DNA of 64,000 nt. Origin: an uncultured Gemmatimonadaceae bacterium (GTDB taxonomy: Bacteria; Gemmatimonadota; Gemmatimonadetes; Gemmatimonadales; Gemmatimonadaceae). This document shows positions 58,869 to 64,000 of the stretch, in pieces. Below the pieces are notes generated by a model. The model searched no databases. It was not told the origin of the DNA and saw only the letters and a program-made list of their open reading frames with translations. The stretch's first letter is position 1; each line of letters starts with the position of its first letter. Location of the stretch: the NCBI GenBank assembly GCA_963740355.1, contig CAVUDW010000002.1, positions 1,088,001-1,152,000 of the forward strand. The letters run 5' to 3'. Both the position numbers and the translations under genes were made by a program.

Positions 58869-58904
58869 CTGACCGCCGCCCTGACCGTCGCCCTGACCGC
58901 CGCA
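58869..58904. repeat. Three 12-bp direct repeats (CTGACCGYCGCC-like)
   Basis: ctgaccgccgcc ctgaccgtcgcc ctgaccgccgca, just upstream of an SD. Confidence 0.8.
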
Positions 58905-58917
58905 CCGGAGGCCGCAC

Positions 58918-59274
58918 ATGACAGGAACGCTGGCACTGTTGCTCACCGTTGCGGCGGGCGTGATCGTCGGCGTGACGGACTTGCGGTCAGCGGATGTGCA
59001 GGGGCCGGTGGCGGTGCTGTTCGCGGCGGCATTCTTCCTTGCCGCGTGGCATCCCGATGGCGCCTGGCGCCGCGGCCTTATGCTCGGCGCCTCGGTGCCA
59101 TTGGCGCATCTGGTCGCGCAGCTCACTGGCCGCACGCTGCCGTACACGGTCGATCACCCGGCGTCGACGCTACTGGCGATCGTTCCTGCGATGCTTGGCA
59201 CGGCCGTCGGCATGGCTGTCAGCCGATTGCGGCATCCGGACACACCGGGGAAGAAGTTCGAGCCACCGCGCTGA
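58918..59274 (+). CDS. Hypothetical 4-TM membrane protein
   Basis: SD GGAGG; four hydrophobic segments. Confidence 0.75.
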   Translation: MTGTLALLLTVAAGVIVGVTDLRSADVQGPVAVLFAAAFFLAAWHPDGAWRRGLMLGASVPLAHLVAQLTGRTLPYTVDHPASTLLAIVPAMLGTAVGMAVSRLRHPDTPGKKFEPPR

Positions 59275-59277
59275 GGC

Positions 59278-60417
59278 TCAACGAGGCAAGAGACGCGAGT
59301 AGGCGTCGAGGACAGCATCGCGCGCGGCTTCGGGGGTTGGGCCGACCGCGGAGAGGTGGCCCATCTTGCGGCCAGGTTTTGCGATTTTCTTGCCATACAG
59401 GTGCAAGCGCACCCCAGGCACTTCGAGCGCCAGCGCCCACTCCGGCATCTGGCCATCACTCGGCCACAGATCGCCGAGCAGGTTGACGATCGCGCCAGCA
59501 GAAAGCAGTGCCGTGCTGCCGAGCGGAAGGCCACAGACGGCGCGGACCTGCTGTTCGAACTGACTGGTGAGGCAGGCGCGTTCGGTGGCGTGAAAGGTGT
59601 TGTGCGGCCGTGGGGCGAGCTCGTTCACCATGAGCGTGTCATCGGTGGTGACGAACAGCTCCACGGCGAGCAGGCCGATGATGCCGAGTTCTGCGGCGAT
59701 GGACGACGCGAGCGCGATGGCGGCGTCGGTGGTGGTATCGCTGACGGGCGCTGGTGTCATGGCCCAGGTCAACACGCCGTTGTCATGGTGATTCCACGAC
59801 ACCGGAAAGGTGCGCACTTCGCCCGTACTGCTGCGCGCCACCATGACGGACAATTCACCAGCCAGCTCGATCCATTGCTCCACGACGACTGTCGCGCCGT
59901 GGGTGAGTGCACCGGCGGCTTCGAGATCGTGGTGTGATCGGATGCGCGCCTGACCACGGCCGTCGTATCCGCCGCTGGTCGTCTTGGCGATGCTGCGACC
60001 GAGCGCCTCGAAGGCGGTGGCAACGTCGTGCGGCGTGCGCGCGATGCGAAATGGCGCGACCGGAAAGCCATTCGCCTCGAGCCACTGCTTCTGCCGGCCA
60101 CGATCCTGAATGATGTGGATCGGCGCAGCGCCTGGATGCACCGGCGCGTGCAGCGAGGCGGCCGCGATACTGGTGGTGGCCACCTGTTCGATGTCGAGCG
60201 TGATCACATCGCACTGCTCCGCAAAAGCCGTCGCGGCTTCGACGTCGTCGTACTTCGCGGTGACGACGCGAGAAGCGACGGCAGCGGCGGGGCAATGCGG
60301 ATCGGGGTCGAGCACATGCACGTCGTATCCCATCGCGCGGGCAGCGAACGCCGACATCCGAGCCAACTGTCCTCCACCCAGGAAACCGATCGTGCTGCCG
60401 GGGAGGATCGTGCTCAT
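59278..60417 (-). CDS. purK: N5-carboxyaminoimidazole ribonucleotide synthase
   Basis: [46 protein letters not shown]. Confidence 0.96.
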   Translation of the reverse strand: MSTILPGSTIGFLGGGQLARMSAFAARAMGYDVHVLDPDPHCPAAAVASRVVTAKYDDVEAATAFAEQCDVITLDIEQVATTSIAAASLHAPVHPGAAPIHIIQDRGRQKQWLEANGFPVAPFRIARTPHDVATAFEALGRSIAKTTSGGYDGRGQARIRSHHDLEAAGALTHGATVVVEQWIELAGELSVMVARSSTGEVRTFPVSWNHHDNGVLTWAMTPAPVSDTTTDAAIALASSIAAELGIIGLLAVELFVTTDDTLMVNELAPRPHNTFHATERACLTSQFEQQVRAVCGLPLGSTALLSAGAIVNLLGDLWPSDGQMPEWALALEVPGVRLHLYGKKIAKPGRKMGHLSAVGPTPEAARDAVLDAYSRLLPR

Positions 60418-60929
60418 GCGGTGGGTCGTGGATCGGGGTGGTCGAGCACATCCTGGGTGCGAGCGGCACGCCAGGCGGTGAGCTTCGCGTGCAGCGCGGC
60501 GTCGGTGGTGGCCAGCATCTGCATGGCGAGCAGCGCCGCGTTGGCGGCGCCCGGTTGACCGATGGCAACGGTGGCGACGGGGATGCCCTTCGGCATCTGC
60601 ACGATCGACAGCAGCGCATCGATTCCGGCGAGTGCAGTGGCTGCGACCGGAACACCGATCACTGGCACGAGCGTCTTCGCGGCAAGCATCCCGGGCAGGT
60701 GGGCCGCGCCGCCAGCGGCCGCAATGATGACACGCAGCCCGCGCGGATGCGCCTGCTCCGCATACCGGAACATCTGGTCTGGGGTGCGGTGTGCGGAGAC
60801 GACGCGTACCTCGTGCGGCACACCGAACTCTTCAAGAATGGCGACGGCCGGTGCGAGCACGGGATAGTCGCTCGAGCTGCCCATCACGATGCCAATGAGC
60901 GGCGCGGGGATATCGGTAGAAGTTGTCAC
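60414..60929 (-). CDS. purE: N5-CAIR mutase
   Basis: [32 protein letters not shown]. Confidence 0.97.
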   Translation of the reverse strand: MTTSTDIPAPLIGIVMGSSSDYPVLAPAVAILEEFGVPHEVRVVSAHRTPDQMFRYAEQAHPRGLRVIIAAAGGAAHLPGMLAAKTLVPVIGVPVAATALAGIDALLSIVQMPKGIPVATVAIGQPGAANAALLAMQMLATTDAALHAKLTAWRAARTQDVLDHPDPRPTA

Positions 60930-61039
60930 GTGGCAAATATGGCAGGAGCCTGTCTGCCTCGCGGGGCATTTTGGGAAACGGCTGTTCCGTCGCCCTTGGC
61001 GTGTATAAGTTTCTTCTAATCATTGTCGAGGTCTGGCCG

Positions 61040-61603
61040 GTGGAAACGTTTCTGAGTGTGCTCACGGGCATAGGCGTGGCGGCGGCCTGCGGCTTTCGCG
61101 TGTTCGTGCCGTTGCTGGCGTTGGGGCTGGCTGGGCGCGCCAATGTGCTGCCATTGAACGACAGTTTCGCGATGCTGTCGTCGATGCCGGCGCTGGTGGC
61201 GCTGGGCACGGCGGCGACGCTGGAAGTGGGGGCCTACTACGTGCCCTGGCTCGACAACCTGCTCGACTTGGCGGCGGCGCCTGCGGCCGTGATTGCCGGC
61301 ATCCTGGCGAGCGCGGCGGTGCTTACCGACTTGCCGCCGGTGCTGACGTGGGGCATCGCGCTGATCGGAGGTGGTGGGGCGGCGGGAATCCTGCACGGGG
61401 CCACGTCGCTCCTGCGGCTGAAGAGCACTGCGGTGACCGGTGGTGTCGCGAACCCTGTGCTGTCGACGGGGGAGCTGGTCGGCGCGGTGGTCACCTCGGC
61501 GCTGGCGTTACTGGTGCCAGTGGTGTGCGCTGCCTTGTTGGTGCTGGTCGTGGTCTGGATGGTTCGTCAACGCTTACAAAAACCAAGGAAGGTCGTGACA
61601 TGA
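61040..61603 (+). CDS. DUF4126 family membrane protein
   Basis: GVAAACGFRVFVPLL, YYVPWLDNLLD, TGGVANPVLSTGE; GTG 61040. Confidence 0.85.
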   Translation: METFLSVLTGIGVAAACGFRVFVPLLALGLAGRANVLPLNDSFAMLSSMPALVALGTAATLEVGAYYVPWLDNLLDLAAAPAAVIAGILASAAVLTDLPPVLTWGIALIGGGGAAGILHGATSLLRLKSTAVTGGVANPVLSTGELVGAVVTSALALLVPVVCAALLVLVVVWMVRQRLQKPRKVVT

Positions 61604-62349
61604 ATCGGTATTGCGTTCGCGCTTTTGCACTCACACTGCTGGCTGCGGGTTCGCTCGTGGCGCAGGAGCCGGCCAAGAAGCCCCCCTACGAATTCGTTGC
61701 GGACTTCTCACTCGCGGCGAGTCAGGGCAACCAGGAAGTGACCACAGTCGCACTCGGGCAGCGGTACAGCTATGCCTTCCCGACCTGGAAGTTCTCGCAG
61801 ACGGCGGCTGTCGTTCGCGGTACTGCGAATGGCGTGAAGAACGCCGAGTTGTACCAGGCGGGCCTGCGTGGCGACTACAACCTGACGAAGAAGCTGACCG
61901 CGTATGTCAGTGCCGCGGGCCTGCGCAACACGCCGGCGGGGCTCACCAGTCAGTTCAACGAAGGCGTGGGTCTCGGCTACAAGTTCGTCGACACGGACAT
62001 CGACAAGTTCCAGCTGTCGGCCGGTGTCGGTGCCTTGCAGCGGAAGTTCGTCGGCGCCGCCGACAGCCAGAATGACTTCGTTGGCAACGTGGACGGCCTG
62101 TATCGTCACCTCTTCTCGAAGGTGTCGTACTTCGAGCAGACGGCTGGCTTCACGCCGAACTTCACCAGCACCGATGCGTGGCTGTTCACGTCGAAGACCG
62201 CGGTGGTGGCGCCCTTGTCGGCGAAGATCGGGATCAAGGTCGGCTACCTGATCAACTACAACAATGCGCCGCCGCTCAAGCCAGCGAGCACTGAGCGCTT
62301 CAAGAAGTTCGACGGGTTGCTGACGACGGGCGTGCAGTTCACGTACTGA
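61600..62349 (+). CDS. DUF481/YdiY-like outer-membrane beta-barrel protein
   Basis: Signal peptide; SQGN, GVGLGYK, YNNAPP, C-terminal GVQFTY. Confidence 0.82.
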   Translation: MNRYCVRAFALTLLAAGSLVAQEPAKKPPYEFVADFSLAASQGNQEVTTVALGQRYSYAFPTWKFSQTAAVVRGTANGVKNAELYQAGLRGDYNLTKKLTAYVSAAGLRNTPAGLTSQFNEGVGLGYKFVDTDIDKFQLSAGVGALQRKFVGAADSQNDFVGNVDGLYRHLFSKVSYFEQTAGFTPNFTSTDAWLFTSKTAVVAPLSAKIGIKVGYLINYNNAPPLKPASTERFKKFDGLLTTGVQFTY

Positions 62350-62396
62350 CGTCCTGACGTACTGACGTCGTGCCGTTCGCAGGTTGCATCGATACA

Positions 62397-62435
62397 CACG
62401 AAGGGCCGGACGCAGCATTGCGCCGGCCCTTCGTG
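62397..62435. terminator. Hairpin between convergent genes
   Basis: cacgaagggccgg...ccggcccttcgtg 13-bp stem. Confidence 0.65.
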
Positions 62436-62455
62436 CTGCCGTGTTCCTGACGCGA

Positions 62456-62977
62456 CTACTGCCGCGGTGTTGGTGACCAGAGCGGGGCGAACGAGTTGCT
62501 GGTGGCATCGTAAAACTTCAGCACCCCGGGAGCGCGCCACTTCGCGAGCTGGATGATCTGGCCGGTGTGCATGCTGACATGCTCGACGACGTGGTAGATC
62601 GCGCCGAAGACCGTGGTGGTGGCGCCCTGAATCACGCGCGACTCGTCGAATTGTGACTCGGTGACGGTGGCGAGCACACGATCGATCTCGAGCAGCGATG
62701 ACGTCAATGACCCGAGCAATTCCGACTTCGTGCGTCCGTCGATGGCCGAGAATTCGGCGTCGCGATCGCGTTCACCGGGCTGTAGCCCCACACCGCCAAG
62801 CAGCCACTGGCGCGCGTTGCCTTCGATATGGAGGATCAGGTTGCCGATGCTGTTCGAGCCAGCGGCTGGCCGCCACCAGATATCCTCCTCGCTCAGCGGT
62901 GTGACGGCGAGACGAATCTTCGGCAGGTACTGGTCGAGCAGGTAGGCTCGGGATTCTTCGATGAATCGATTGGGCAT
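62456..62977 (-). CDS. DinB/DUF1572 family protein
   Basis: NSIGNLILHIEGN, RDRDAEF, HVVEHVSMHTGQI. Confidence 0.88.
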   Translation of the reverse strand: MPNRFIEESRAYLLDQYLPKIRLAVTPLSEEDIWWRPAAGSNSIGNLILHIEGNARQWLLGGVGLQPGERDRDAEFSAIDGRTKSELLGSLTSSLLEIDRVLATVTESQFDESRVIQGATTTVFGAIYHVVEHVSMHTGQIIQLAKWRAPGVLKFYDATSNSFAPLWSPTPRQ

Positions 62978-62986
62978 TGGGGCTCC

Positions 62987-64000
62987 TCAGTCGGGATTCA
63001 AGCTCGCCATCGCCTCGATCCGGCGATCTTCGTCGAAGGCGTTTTCACTGCGTGAGATGACGAGTGTTGCGACACCATTGCCGATCAGGTTCGTGATCGC
63101 ACGTGCCTCGGACATGAATCGATCGACGCCGAGCAACAGCGCAATGCTCTCGACCGGGATGACCTTCATGGCACTGAGGGTGCTGGCGAGCACGATGAAG
63201 CCAGAGCCGGTCACGCCTGCCGCTCCCTTCGAGGTCACCATCAACACCAGCAGGATGCTGAGCTGCTCGCCGATCGAGAGGTCGATGCGATTGACCTGCG
63301 CAAGAAAGATCGTCGCCATCGCCAGGTAGATGGAGGTGCCATCGAGGTTGAAGGAATACCCCGCTGGAATCACCAGGCCGACGACGGTCTTGTCGCAGCC
63401 GTAGCGTTCCATCTTCACCAGCATGCGCGGCAGGGCCGCCTCGCTCGAACTCGTGCCAAGCACGAGCAGGATCTCATCCTTGATGTAGCGCAGGAATTCC
63501 CAGAGCCGGAATCCGTACATCCGACAGATGATGCCCAGCACGACGAAGATGAAGATCGCCATCGTGGCGTAGACGTCGAGCATCAATCGGCCCAATGGCA
63601 GTAGCGTGCGAATGCCGAATGAGCCGACGGTGAAGGCCATCGCACCGAACGCCCCGATCGGCGCCACCTTCATCACCAGCGCGACGATGCGGAAGAAGAC
63701 ATGCGAGATGCGGTCGAGCACATCGATCAGTGGCTTGCCGGTCGACCCGAGCGACGTCAACGCCACACCAAAGAGGACGGCGAAGAAGACGATCTGCAGG
63801 ATCTCGCCCTTGGCAAAGGCGTCGACGACGCTGCTGGGCACGATGTGCGTCACGAAGTCGACGAATTGCATGCTCTCGCCGGCTTTCGTGTATTGCGAGA
63901 TGTCGCCCTTGGCGAGCGCGGTGACATCGACGCCGTCGCCGGGCCGCGTGACGTTCACGATCACGAGGCCGATGGCGAGTGCGAAGGTGCTCACGATCTC
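62987..64000 (-). CDS. dctA: C4-dicarboxylate/amino-acid:cation symporter, 5' end beyond the window edge
   Basis: APIGAFGAMAFTVG, GTSSSE, GYSFNLDGT, SKGAAGVTG, GVDRFMSEARA. Confidence 0.9.
   Translation of the reverse strand, partial: EIVSTFALAIGLVIVNVTRPGDGVDVTALAKGDISQYTKAGESMQFVDFVTHIVPSSVVDAFAKGEILQIVFFAVLFGVALTSLGSTGKPLIDVLDRISHVFFRIVALVMKVAPIGAFGAMAFTVGSFGIRTLLPLGRLMLDVYATMAIFIFVVLGIICRMYGFRLWEFLRYIKDEILLVLGTSSSEAALPRMLVKMERYGCDKTVVGLVIPAGYSFNLDGTSIYLAMATIFLAQVNRIDLSIGEQLSILLVLMVTSKGAAGVTGSGFIVLASTLSAMKVIPVESIALLLGVDRFMSEARAITNLIGNGVATLVISRSENAFDEDRRIEAMASLNPD

Noticed and set aside
62341..62369. 8-bp microrepeat ACGTACTG at the end of the DUF481 gene
   Set aside because: Too short; probably slippage around the stop codon
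220..63924. Numerous long antisense or alternate-frame ORFs (e.g. 33327-34709, 16749-18221, 28155-29444)
   Set aside because: Expected shadows in high-GC DNA overlapping well-supported genes; no recognisable motifs

Overview
High-GC bacterial chromosomal window. Gene content and many short lipoproteins suggest Gemmatimonadota (inference). It holds about 57 CDS and one tRNA-Lys(UUU); I saw no transposase, integrase, phage gene or CRISPR array. (1) 1-22.3 kb is a phosphate/nucleotide locus: ppk1, an M16 peptidase pair, ppx/gppA, pstS with no pstCAB-phoU, two uncharacterised lipoproteins, a TonB-dependent receptor and udk-phoB-phoR. Divergent from these are a tandem CpdB/UshA-type nucleotidase, a 79-aa orphan, adenosine deaminase and purine nucleoside phosphorylase. 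Three frameshifts cluster at 3.4-6.0 kb. (2) 22-32 kb: M48 protease, TrmH-family methyltransferase, pilD, a zincin lipoprotein, acyl-ACP desaturase, DUF445 and lon. (3) A 1.35-kb non-coding lon-ffh spacer built from a 42-bp tandem array and related 125-bp direct and inverted repeats. (4) ffh, rpsP-rimM-trmD, two inserted genes, rplS-rnhB, with a strongly structured leader before rpsP. (5) 40-53 kb: OmpA, an HExxH protein, MFS, an 11-mer-repeat lipoprotein, tRNA-Lys, and an operon encoding a class II photolyase fused to a renalase-like flavoenzyme, an apparently dead M48/Ste24-like membrane protein and YdcF. (6) Peptidoglycan enzymes, moaC, holB, purEK and a partial dctA. The best candidates for undescribed biology are the photolyase-renalase/pseudo-M48 operon, the Pho-linked TBDR-lipoprotein-nucleotidase-salvage system, the rpsP leader RNA and the lon-ffh repeat composite. 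All calls come from motif reading by eye; no searches were run.
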